A DNA stretch of 64,000 nucleotides from Gekko japonicus (Eukaryota). Positions 37,788 through 50,250 of the stretch are shown here, piece by piece. Below the pieces are notes generated by a model. It saw only the letters and a list, made by a program, of their open reading frames with translations, was not told the DNA's origin and searched no databases. A program made the translations under genes and the position numbers. The stretch is taken from positions 555,903-619,902 of the forward strand of contig NW_015171506.1 of the NCBI RefSeq assembly GCF_001447785.1. Direction: 5' to 3'. Every line of letters starts with the position of its first letter. Within the stretch, counting starts at the first letter, position 1.

Positions 37788-39582
37788 GCCAAATGCTGTG
37801 GCTAGACTGCTGGTTGTGGTCAGTTACCAGGAGCATGTGACCCAGATACTACAGTAATTACACTGGTTACTGATCCACTCCCAAAGGTGCTGGTTTTGTC
37901 AAAACCCAACATGGCTTGGGACTGGGGTATCTGAAGGAACATCCTCTCTCAGATGTTTCTGCCCAGGAATTAAGATCACAGGAAAATGTATTTATTATTC
38001 GCATTTATATCCTGCCCATCCCGCGGACGGGCTCAGGGCGGCAACATCATTATAATAAATACAGTTTCAGTTTAAAACACAATAAAACATTATAATAATT
38101 AAAACAATGGGTACAGCTTGAAACAACATCAGTTGGCTATAAAGTTCTGGCCCAGTGGTGCAGTGAGTTAAAGGCCAGTTTTCGGTGGTCAGCAAATAGA
38201 TGGGTGACAGCAACCTCAGGGAGGCCATATATGGGCACCCATTGCCTCAACCAAAGGCCTGGCAGAACAGCTCTGTCTTGCAGGCCCTGCAGAACTGAGT
38301 AAGATCCCACAGGGCCCTGATCTCAATAGGGAGCATGTTTCACCAGGTGGAACCAGGACAGAGAGGCAAGATGGGCGTCCTTCGAGCCAGGGACCACCAG
38401 GAGGTGTTGATCTTTTGAGTGTAACGCTCTTTGAGGCATATATGGGAAAAGGTGGTCCCTTTGATATGTTGGTCCTAGGCTGTATAAGGCTTTAAAGGTA
38501 AAAACCAGCACCTTGAAAAGAATCCAGTACTCAACTGGCAACCAATGCAGTTGGCGGAGCACGTGCTTCACGTGAACCCGCACAGGCATTGATGTCAGCA
38601 GGTGCACCACTGCATTCTGCACCAGTTGTAATTTCCAGGTCAGCTTCACGGGTAAGCCTGCGTAGAACAAGTTGCAATAATCAAATCTGGAAGTGACCAT
38701 TGCATGGGTCATCGTTGCTAGGTCTTGGGGGGGGGGGAGATAGGGCTTCAATGGCCCAATCTGCCTAAGATGGAAAAACACAGATCTGGCAACTGCAGCA
38801 ACCTGGGCCTCCATGGAAAGAGAGGCATACAATGTCACTCCCAGATTCCTCACTGTCTGGGCTGGCACCAAAGGCACCCCTTCCAGTGTGGGGAGCCTGG
38901 CGCCCACATCCAACCCCCCTCGACTCAGGTACAGGACCTACATCTTAGATGGATTTAACTTCAACCGATTTTGCCGCAACCATCCAGCCACAGCATCCAA
39001 AGCCTCGGCCAAGTTTGTAGGAACAGAAGACAGATGGCCATCCATTAACAGATAGAGCTGGGTGTCATCAGCATACTGATGACAACCCAGCCCATAACAC
39101 TAGACTAACTGGGTGAGGGGGCACATATAGATGTTAAAAAACATTGGCGAGAGGATCGCCCCCTGCAGCACTCCACATTCCAAGGGGTATCGCAGGGAGA
39201 CCCTCTCGCCAAGTGCCACCCACTGTCCCAGGCCATGGAGGAAGGAGGAAAACCATTTCAAGGCAGAGGTCCTTCTGCATGTCTCTCCAATCAAAGAAAT
39301 TTGTCTGGTGGGTACACAAGAGCGGGCAGCCCCACAATTATGGAACAATGTTCCCAGGGAGGTGTCTGTGGCCCCCTCACTTTCAGTCTTCAGGAGGCAG
39401 CTGAGGACAGTTTTATTTAAGACTGCATTTGACTAATTCAGTTTTTATTTACTGGCAGTCCTGAGATTTTAAGCTGTGGTCTTTTTAGTTGTTTTTTATA
39501 ATCATTGTTTTATTTACATTGTAAGCCACCTTGAGTTCTGAAGGCAGAAAGGTGGCTAATAAACGTTTTAAATAAATAAATG
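37788..39582 (+). mobile_element. Older L2 3' fragment split by the minus-strand L2 (pieces ~37788-37980 and ~39263-39582)
   Basis: NAVARLL...LHWL...RELRS to the left continues as AEVLL...APQLWN...FRRQLRTVLF to the right, ending in an (aaat)n tail. Confidence 0.75.
37988..39262 (-). mobile_element. L2-clade LINE, 5'-truncated (RT C-terminal half)
   Basis: GVLQGAILSPMFFNIYM, CHQYADDTQLY (~39055-39085), VRNLGV...SRFDYCN...LQLVQN...LHWLPV, then 3' UTR and AT-rich tail. Confidence 0.9.
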
Positions 39583-39804
39583 TTCGTACATTTGAGATTT
39601 ATTGATATTTGAGGGTTTTTGTTTATTTTATTGTGCAAAATGTTCACATGCTTGTGGTATACTGATATATGTATTGTATGGTACACTTAGTTGCTTTAAT
39701 GTGATAGACATTATTGAATTGATTTACAGATATGTTCATTAAAGTAGCATTTTTATAGGTTTGGAATTTTGTTGGCATTTGCTCTCAGTCTTTTGATTTA
39801 CACA

Positions 39805-40030
39805 TCATTTTTTAAAAAACGTTTATTTTCAGTTTTTTCAACATACATTCATACATCCATTTCCATTTAATTTATATTTGGGGGTTTACAAGTTTACCTC
39901 ATACCATTTTATGGCTTTATGCCATTTCTGGTTAAATTTGTCATCTAATTTTCCAGCCAACAACATGTTCAACTTATCCATTTCCATTATCTCAAAAAGT
40001 TTATCAATCATTTCTTCCCTATCTGGTATA
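39805..40030 (-). mobile_element. L1-clade LINE 3' fragment
   Basis: Minus strand reads IPDREEMIDKLFEIMEMDKLNMLLAGKLDDKFNQKWHKAIKW, resembling an L1 ORF2 C-terminus, followed by AATAAA and an A-rich tail. Confidence 0.6.
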
Positions 40031-41564
40031 TTATACCAGATTTACACCTCATTTGATAGGAGGCACAAAATTACTGTCTTAGTAGTTAGCATGACAACCA
40101 ACCTGCAATGGCATGTGACAGCTCATAGGTCATATCAGTTTAGTATCTAATTGCTGAAGCATTTGATATCTGACACCAGATAAATGAAGCCACTACACAA
40201 ATGCATATCACTCACACATCAACTTGTAGATGTCACAGAATGCATTTCAAAGAATGGGACTGAGCAGTGTCATGGCCACTAATTTCTAGGATTTCTCAAT
40301 TAATCATTAAATGAATTGACCTACATAATTTTGATCAATTAATTTAAGTTTCAGGAAATTTCCCCCAAATTTTACTTTTCCCAATTTTAGTTTTACTATA
40401 GCCTGCACCATTTTGTAAACCATTTTAGTTTGAGGTAGTTTGGAGGCTGTGCACTTCTCTACTCAACAGCTCCTTTCCAAAGCACAAATTGAGGTAGATT
40501 ATGGAAGTGTACATAGTTCCCCTCCTGCAAAGCTATCCACTTGTTTATTAGGTACAGATGGGATATTGTGGCAGTTGCATATCTACAAAGGTCTTTCATG
40601 TAAAATGTTTCCATTTTCAGGTGTAGATTAGGATGTCAAAGCAACAGGGGCCTTTGGGAGCCACCTGTGAAAGGGTGACCATCAGTATCCAACAAAGCAG
40701 AAACGGTTACAAGACTAAAAACTTCAGTTTCTTTTGCAGTACTTTTGCAATTCGAAGCAGCTGTAAATTGGTACAGCTGCATGAAACACACACACACACA
40801 CACAGATATCTTTATTGGCATATAGAAACACACACTCAGTAGGAAGTATGTGTGACCACTACATGGTCTAATTTACATTTTCTGAAAGAGGAAGGAGCAT
40901 AAGATTTCTAAAAAAAAATGTTTAAGAATTCTGAGATGGGCAACCCAACCCTACGCATATTTCCTTAAAGGATTTCCTTGTGACTTACCCCCCAGGTACA
41001 TAGCTTTGAGGGCACCTGAATATATGCACTCACAATACAAAGTCCCGCCTCAAAGTGGTGACAAATTAGGAGAAAATCATTCATGAAGAAGATTGGGTGC
41101 AATTGTTAGTCAACATTCCTTCATTCCTCTCAATGGATTCCAAAACCTGATAGACGATTTGTGGGTGAGAGAAATCCGTGAAGCAGTGAAAATGTATCAC
41201 AAGACCCCCATGCAGACTGACTGCATGTTTATTTGCCAAAACACCCAGGGAGGGGTGCCACATGCTGCAGTCAACATGCATGGAGCCCCACAGTGGGGCA
41301 AACAGGGCTTGCAGCTGTTCCAGCTCAGGAAAACAGTGCAAAAGAATGCTGAAGCCCCCCTGAAGCCCCTTTTACCACCCCCATGCTGCACTCTCAAGCT
41401 AACTTGGGCCCTGGAGTGTTTGGATCACTCTCCTTAAGGGACTGTATCCTTCCCTATGTTTCAGTGCAATGTCTAGAGAGGACTAAAAGTGTTTTCCTTA
41501 GGTTATATTAGGTTCTGGCCATAGGGACATGAAGAGAATCATTTTTAGGGGCTACCCCACCAAC

Positions 41565-42046
41565 TGTGACAAATCTTATTTTTAGAAATATGTTAAAGCT
41601 CAATTCTGAACATATTTTTAAAAATTAAGATTACTATTGGTCTTATTAAAAATATAAACAGAGGTAGCCTTCTCTATCTGGCCCACCCAACTGGGGGGGG
41701 GCGCGACATCTAAAAGCCCTAGGAGACCAGAAAAAGCCGCTATCGTGATAGAGAAGGGGGAAGAAAGTGGTGAGTATGGCTGTTGCGCAACCTGCGGAGA
41801 TGAACAGCAGTGGGCGCCGGATGCCACGTAAGTCTGCGATTTGAGGAAACTAGTACCTCGTAGGTTCTAGTTTTTAACTCCGCACCTTCGGCGGGGAGCC
41901 ATGGGAGCACTGCACTTCCCAAATGTTGGGGTGAGATTGCGCCCGGAAAATCCACGGGACTCCCGTGCCTCTCCCGCAGCAACTTTGCCATGTGACCGAG
42001 GCCACAGCTGCTTTTACAAGGCAAAAGAGAATACTTCTGTGTCATA
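41565..42046. mobile_element. CpG-rich insertion, possible solo LTR
   Basis: tgtgaca...tgtcata ends and an abrupt CpG-rich interior; no clear TSD. Confidence 0.35.
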
Positions 42047-45000
42047 AGCCCATGAGCTAGCAGAATCTGTAAATGTAAACCATGTATAGGTTTGGACCTG
42101 AGAAGAGTGAGTGGAATTCTGCTTACGCAATGGGCCTTTCCTGCCTCTCTTTCCTAGTACAAAGTCGCTCCCATAGAATTGGGGCCAATCCATAACAACA
42201 GGGATGTGGCAGAGGAGATTGCAGCTGGAAGTGGGGGATAAGTGGAAAGAGGAGAACCCTCCTCCATGCACAAGCTCAGAAAAGAAATCATGAAACTGCC
42301 TTTCAGACACACAAGGGACCCTCTGGATCCAAGCCATTAAGTTGTAAACTGGAAGTATTTTGTTCAAGGGTTATTTGTCTACAGTGAGAAAGATAAGTTT
42401 CTGATTACAGATGTTCTTTTAAAAAGAGGAACGGTTTAGATATAAGTGGCAAGAGTATGAGTAAGCTGCTCAAGTTCAAAAGAAAGGAAAGTCTCCAGAC
42501 CTCAGTTAATTTGTAGCGTTAATCAGATTTCCTCCCATTTTCCCACTTAAGCACTTTAGGTACTGTTAATTTAGATTCATTAATCTTGAACAGCCCAGAG
42601 CAGCTGCTCAGCAACTGGCCAAACATCTGATGGGAAAAATGCTGCTCAGTGGGTCCATCAGCCACTCTACTAAAACCTCTAATTCAGCAAGGGAAGGGCC
42701 ACTTCCCTGCTTCTGGCGTGACACCTTAGCTGGTTGTTATTAAAGCTTTGATCCTCTTTTATGTCAGGCACCCTTCCTCTGTGGTTTTTCACTTGTTTAT
42801 TTAGTCTGGGGTTTAAAAAGACAGAAATAGTTTTGGCTCAGCATTGCAGCTTCATGATGAAAAAAGTCCAGCCATCTATGGCTACTTTACATCATTTGTA
42901 AATATCAGTTCAACAACTTTACTTCAGTACTCTGTGCGTGTTTTCAAAGTTTGCTCTCTGAACTAATATATGCCACTAATATATGCCAATAGCAATATAT
43001 GCTATTGATACTGGCTTGGGTCCCTCCGTTTTCCATTTGGTCTCACACAGTTCCCCTCTTCACTAGAGCCCGTGTCCCATTTTGCTTTTGTCCACACAGG
43101 TCTCAAGTTTCCTATCACAGCCTCTCCAGTGGTCACAAAGGAGCTCCAACATCCTCTTTCACTAGCTGGAAAGCAGTTGTAGCTTGGATCCAAAGTACTG
43201 TGAACGGAATGAAGTTTGCAGGGTGCGACCTTCCCTCCCCCTCCTCCCAAGGCAGCCCACTTAGCCCACTGAATTTCTGCTTCGAGGGAGCCTCCTTAAG
43301 AGAATGGGGTATGTAAAGGGCGTGTTGGGAGCAGGAAGTCAACAAACATCATTCCCTGCTTTGCCGATAGAAGTGCTGTGCTGATAGTATAAGTGCTGCT
43401 ATGCCAGCAGACAGGCACCGTTGAAGCTAATCCATTACAGAGTGTTTGTGTAATAAATCCATCACAAGTTAGACAGTTGCTCTCTTACCCAAAGTAGTAA
43501 GAAGGGGGGGGGATCAGGTCTCCACTTTTCTCATAACATGTTGCACTAATTACATGGAGAAACAGAGAGAAAGAACAATGGAGTGTGTATTCATTATATA
43601 CCTGTCAAGAGCCCCATTTACTCATTGTATACATGTAGAATGAAGTCTGGAGCACTAAGATTAGGATCACACTTTGGCCTCCTCCAGTGTTACTCAGAAC
43701 TTCTGTATCAATTCTAGGCATGTGATTTAGACCCTTCTGAAATATGAATGGTTAATCAATGATCATGCAGTGGTCAGCAAAATCACTGTACTTTGGTTTT
43801 TCTTTTTTATGCTGTTTTAGAGTGTAATCTCGTATTCGGCATAACAATGATGCAGGACAGTAAATATGGTACATTACTAACCCTATTTTCTAGTCCTCCC
43901 AAGTCCAGCCACAGCACAGTCCAAGAACACCTAGAGTTGGATAAAAAGGAACACTTCCAGCAGGAAGTGCTTTGCTTGCACAAGAAGTGGAAGTTGCATA
44001 GATTTCCAATTTTTTAGTTATTTGTTAAAATATTTATGCCCCACTTTCCCCTTGCCGTTCAAGGTAGTTTGGTGATTCCCTACTCTGGCTGCTGTCCACC
44101 CCAAGGTGCTACAATGTATGGAAGAATTGTCCCATTCTTCCAGTGGAACTCCACTTGTAGTTGTTAGGATCCATCCTTAGCTGGAACATTCCAAAGTTCC
44201 ACCTAGTTTATGACATACAGAGAACAGGATTTGTAAATAAACCAACCAGTACCCTAAGCATTATACTTAAAACAGGAGACATTTCTTCTCTGAGTGCGTG
44301 TTCCATTTGAGTTCACAGAATAATGAAAATAATTTCCAGAAAATCGCATTTGAGCCAATCTTATTAACAATGCATAACATTTTAATTAAATGACTATTGT
44401 GCTCAAGTAAGAATCTGCAATTTAGTTCAACGAAGTATTTCTTCAAAGATTTTAAGAGAAGTCCTGACAGGAATAACCAGCTGATGACCAAAAATGATTT
44501 GTAGTTGGTAGGTGGCAATAACCACCTTTTTATTTTGAACCAATGTTCAAAATATTATAAATGCTGGATGCTGGCAATCCCACACAGATGGGGAGATACA
44601 CTAGTAGTGAATAGTTGCAGTCACATGAATATCAAGGAAAGTTTGTGCAAATTGGCAAAATTCCTCTGGGATTGACAAAATTCACCATTTATGATGTCAA
44701 CATTCACAAAATTTTGGACATTCACTGAGTCATACTATTGTAAAATTGGTATCATATGACCTAAACGAGCTTTTTGGTTTGAGACCACAGGCAAAAGCAC
44801 CAGTAAAATTCTAAAACTGTATTACAGGCTAAGTTTCTATTACTAAAAACCACAGAACCCCCCCCCCAAAACTATTTTAAGAAGACACTTTCATTGGGGA
44901 AGTACCAAATATAAGTCACTTCTAACATATGCTTTACTTGTAAAACAATAAATTTGAAACATTGCTCATTAATTTGTTTGGACATTTTGTTCTGGTTTGA

Positions 45001-46303
45001 CATTATCCTCTATTATTGTATATGGAGATATTTTTACACTTGTAAAATGTAGGGCAATTATCAGCTATAGCTACTATATTGGCGTAAATTAAGAATTTTA
45101 GAAGTATCTGTCTCATCCCACAGATTTTTGTTTTCTTCATTACATTATTTAATCTTTGAAGAATTCCATGCTACTTGTTTAAAAGGCTAATATACTAAGG
45201 CTCTTAACAAGGTACATTTATTAGACACTACGCCCCACTGAGCTCAATAAGACTTATTTTTGAGAAAGCAAGCTTCGGCTTGCCTGTTTGTTTAGGTGTG
45301 AATCAAGGAATCTCAAATGAAATGCCTTTTATTCTTTGTAAAGGTACAGGGTGAAACGTACCACTGTCCAGCCTTATATATTGTTCATCAGTCTTGCTCA
45401 GCAACTTTGACTTTGTTGTGATGTTACTTATTTACTGTTTAGTTTAGTTATGTGACATACACTAGCATAGCTTGGTAGCTAAAGTGCTGGAGTCAGTCCC
45501 GGTCGACATGTAGTAGTAGAACTCTGAGGTTGGTGGATGGTCTGTACTACTCAGGCTGCAGGTGAGGGATATCATTTTTTAATATTCCCCAGACTGAAAA
45601 ACTCCCTGGAAGAAAACAAACCATTTGCTCATTGGCAAGAGAGAATCTAACTCACTCAGCTTGCTCTTGAGCTAGTTTTCTATGGGTGATTCTGCACTGG
45701 CTTTTCCCTCCATTGTTTTACGAAACCCACATTGGAACAGAAATTCCCCTCTGCATTGCATGTTTCTTTCACTTTCCTTAATCATCGGATTTTATGGTAC
45801 CGTTCACACTGCATGCCACTTTCGCTTTCTTTGGCCATTGGGTGTATGGTACCTTCTGCATAGATTTATGGCTGTTCAGGGGTGACTTTGCAGTCAGTAC
45901 GGCATTGCCCCGAGGTATCTGAATGTGGTTTTGAGCTTCATTTTTTCCTCCCAGTTGAGAAAATGTGGAGCGAATGCTAGATGCAAAATTGCCTTATGTA
46001 TGTAGTGTTTTTCGTTCAGGGGGCATTAAAAATACAATCCATCTCTACAGTCTGAAGTGGCATAGTCCACTCTTCCCTCTCAGGATTTCACTGCTTCATT
46101 CTGTGGCATGTGTGAATTAGGCCTCAGCCAAGTGACCTGAGTTCAACTGCCATTCAAATATACACCCACTGGGATATTTAGAGCTAGCTACTACTGTTCC
46201 AGCTAACTCACCCTCACATGATTCTTGTGATGTCATAAATGGGCAAAATTGCATGTACACTAACCCGAGGTCCTTGAAGGAAGGTGAGATCATGAGTTCT
46301 GGG

Positions 46304-49300
46304 CAGGGCTGGGCCGCCCATAAGGCAGATTAGACTTTCGCCTAGGGCAGCACTTGAAGGTGAGCATGGAGCTGGCCTGCTGCCCCACCCCATCCCCCCC
46401 ACCCCTACCAAAAGCCCTGCTCTCAACTCACCCGTTGCTGCCCGGCGCCACCATCCAGGGGGACCCAGGCAGGAGGGAAACCCTTCACAGCACTCCTGCC
46501 CGCCCCATCAGGTGGGGCGCAGTGGCGGGGAGAAGAAGAAGAAGAGATTAGATTTATACCCTGCCCTTCACTACCCAGAGGAGTCTCAGAGCGGTTTACA
46601 AANNNNNNNNNNNNNNNNNNNNNNNNNNNNNNNNNNNNNNNNNNNNNNNNNNNNNNNNNNNNNNNNNNNNNNNNNNNNNNNNNNNNNNNNNNNNNNNNNN
46701 NNNNNNNNNNNNNNNNNNNNNNNNNNNNNNNNNNNNNNNNNNNNNNNNNNNNNNNNNNNNNNNNNNNNNNNNNNNNNNNNNNNNNNNNNNNNNNNNNNNN
46801 NNNNNNNNNNNNNNNNNNNNNNNNNNNNNNNNNNNNNNNNNNNNNNNNNNNNNNNNNNNNNNNNNNNNNNNNNNNNNNNNNNNNNNNGTCTCCCCCCCCA
46901 AATACTCAGGAGTTTCCCAGCCTGGATCTGGCATCCCCTGCCAGCGGCCAGGAGGGACCTTGCAACCCTAGTATGAACATTTTAACATACAATGTATGTT
47001 AAATTACTGCCCATCCTCTCTCTATATGACTGTTATTACTATTTCCATTTCATTGTATCTGAAGAAGTGTGTGTGCGCAAAAAAGCTCATACCTTGAATA
47101 AAATTTGTTCAAACTTTTGTTGCTCTTAAAGGTGCCACTGGACTCAAACCGGGATTTACTATTTGCTGAAAGGAGTTGGTTGCAGATAGTGTGCGTTAAG
47201 CAAACCGTGATTTACCATTATATCTAAATGCGGCTTTCCATTCAGGCTAAGAACCTAACTATATGATGCACTTTCCCTGGTTCTGTTTGCTGGTCAAATA
47301 AACCACCATACTCTGGGAGTTTCTTGATTCTTAGGTGTGCATGGATGCAATTCAGATGGGAACCATGGCTAGCAAAGAGAGGAGGGCTTAGGTTTTCCAG
47401 CTGGCTGCACTATTTTACTGACCTGAAATGGCCTGGAGTACCTGCCATTTATCCCATTAAGGGAGCACACTTGCAGCCCCTCTGCACACATTACTTTCCC
47501 AATGGAGGGTATGTAAAATAGACAATAAAGATTCATTGGCAAAGGACCAAGCCCTGCTCTGGTTTCCAATGGCAAATGCATTGTTCTTATTATGAGCCAT
47601 GCAGATAGTGACAGGTTGTGCTTTGCAATAGGTATCCAGTTATGGAGATCCTTCACTGGATAGTATAAAGATGGCTGTGTCCCACTCAAATGCAGAGAGC
47701 TATTACGGTATGAAGCAGCCTCCCCCTGGGAAGTCATCGACTAGGGCTGCCAAATGCCCCCGGGGGGTGGAATTCCCCCCGCTTTCGAGCCCCGATTTCT
47801 GCTCCCGCGGAATCAGGGCCCGGGGGAAACCCCACCCCCACGTGCGCCCCCCTAAAGTCCCCCGCTGGAGGTGAATATAGGACTTGGCAACCCTAGAGCA
47901 AACAGAAACTCCCTGGAGCTTTTTCATGGCAGGCAAATGGCTTGGGGTGAAAGACTTAAGTCTCCTCTTCTTACATGCTGTGGTTACAATTTGAACCCAA
48001 TCCCTGCATGCCTGAGTAGTCAGGAACTCCAGAACACATCTGACCATGCAGATATTGACAGGTTTGGCTTTGCAATAAATATCCAGCTATGGAGAGCCTT
48101 CAGTGGATAGTATAAAGATGGCTGTGTGCCACTCAAATGGAGACAGCTATTAGGGTATGAAGCAGCCTCCAGTGGGAAGTCACCGAAAACCACCACTCTG
48201 TTTTCTTTGCTTTGCTCTAGTGTGCAGATGTCCAATTTTATTATGATACTAGTTACTTCTGCCTTTCAACATTTCATAGATGAAAACAGAGACCCACCTG
48301 CATCACCCCTATTTTGATAACCTGAGCCTGTCCCACCCCATTAGTACTCATTGATGAGACTGTAGTGCCTATGCGACCATACTCTGAGCTGGGAAGTCAC
48401 AAATTCAAATCTTGCCTCCATTGATTTGTTTGCCCTTTAAGAATCTGATTGGCTAATTTGAATTCATAGTTTCATTGCATTGTGTACAGTATTGTTTCAT
48501 GAATCTAGGTAGAACCTGCGCCCCCTGGAAAGGCCAACCTTTGGTCCATCCATACCAGAGACTTAGCCGGCAAAGTGCTGAAGTAGTGGTAGAACGTAGA
48601 AGGGACTATACCGCTTCGGATTGCGGAGGAAGGAGTGCCTTTTTCAAGCATCCCCTCTAGGGTCAGTTCTTCCCTGCTAGTAGAAAACTAGCACAGCATG
48701 CAAAGAGCGAGGGGAGAACCTGAGCTTTAACATGGGGGAGCAGCATTAAAGAAAATGTGAATGATTAGGGTTGACAGGTGGTGGCTGGAGTGGAGATCTC
48801 ATGCTATTACAACTTATATTTAGGCAACAGAGATCAGTTCACTTGTAGAAAATGGCCACTTCAGAAGGTGGACTCTATGTATCCCTCCACCTGCCGGAGC
48901 CAGCCCTACCTGGTGGCTGCCCCACCCCTGGCCGAATGGGGATGGAGGTGGTGAAGGCCAGGTCAGGCACATGCAACAGGTGCTGATGGCTCCCCGTGGC
49001 CAAGGAGCAGCTTTCCAGAATGGAGGGCTTAGGGTTGCCAGCCTGCAGGTGGGACCTGGAGACACTCCCCCCCGGCATTACAGAGATCAGGTCCCCTTGA
49101 GGAAAGGCGTGCATTGGACTCGGCTGAGCTGCCTCCTCCCCAAACTCTGCCTTCGCCAGACTCCCCCCCCGCCCCCGTCCCCAGGAATTTTCTAACTCAG
49201 AGTTGGCAAACCTGTTTAGACTCCAGACACTGGAGGAAGCCAGGAACTCCTGGCTTTGTTAATGGCCCTGTTATTGATTCATTGGTGTTTTTATGTTTAT

Positions 49301-49494
49301 TGATTGTATTACTGTGCTAATTGTTACTGTAGAACCAGATCAGGAGCAAAGACACTGGGATTGTGGGCTTTCGAACCCCTAAAGGGTTCTTCCTAAAATC
49401 CATTTATGTTTGAAAATTGGTGGGTGCTCCAGGGGGGGGGCGGTGCCAGAAGGTAGCCTCGCCTAGTGTGCAAAAAAACCTGAAGCCGGTCCTG
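46304..49494. mobile_element. 3.2-kb composite non-autonomous hAT (Tip100-like termini)
   Basis: Ends cagggctgggc / gccggtcctg, subterminal tcgcctag motif at both ends, perfect 8-bp TSD gttctggg (46296-46303, 49495-49502). Confidence 0.8.
46603..46887. other. Assembly gap (285 N), entered from a Squam3-like SINE tail (46530-46602)
   Basis: N run. Confidence 1.
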
Positions 49495-49849
49495 GTTCTG
49501 GGCTGCAGCGGTCTATGCTGATCGAAGTTCGGCATCACTATTAATCACAGCAATTGTAGTAGTGATGTACTTGTGCCTCCAGACCCTTATTTATAGCCTA
49601 GCTGGGTTTTTTTTTTAAGATAAAGAGCTGGTCTAAAAATATATTTTTGCTGTAACTATTTTGTTCCTGTAGGGCATGGTGATATGATTCTTCATCACTT
49701 CTGTTTCTGATTTATTCTGTTTCATATGGATCCCAGTCCCAACCAACTGGAATTCCATTGGGAGGTGCTGGTTAGATAGGAAAGAACTGTGTGACTGGCC
49801 TTCACATTCACCTGAAGACACCTGGGTCTAATATCACAGAGCAGGTGCT

Positions 49850-50250
49850 GCCACCATCCTGAAAGTGCAAAGAAGGGACAAAGCTCAAGAAACTGAAGCA
49901 GAAAAGACTAATGTGTTTGGGGCTGTTTTGTTTTAGAAACAGGTGGCTAAGAGGGACATAACAGAAATTTATGAAATTACGGAAAGTGTAGAGAAAGAAC
50001 ACCAAAGAAATAGCTCCCTTTTTGTATCTCTCAAAATAGTAGAACTAATAAAACTAATAAACTCACAAAACTAATAAAACATTAAATGAATGTTTGATCA
50101 ATTCAGGATGCACAAAAGTGCTCCTTCACAGAATTTGCTGCTACAATATGCAACTTTCAGAATATTTTTGGATAGATTATGGAAAACAGGTCCATAATCC
50201 TGTTGCTCACAATAGCTAAATAGACTATTCAGTATTCAGAGGCAGTATGC
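49850..50250 (+). mobile_element. Degenerate CR1 3' fragment
   Basis: ctaagagggacataacagaaatttatgaaatt (LRGD...YKI-like) followed by a recognisable but decayed CR1 3' region. Confidence 0.6.

Noticed and set aside
46512-46976. 154-aa and 112-aa ORFs
   Set aside because: Artefacts of translating through the N gap.
47054-47093. Active hammerhead ribozyme
   Set aside because: The essential G of GAAA is mutated and the motif is antisense to NTRK2; reported only as a fossil.
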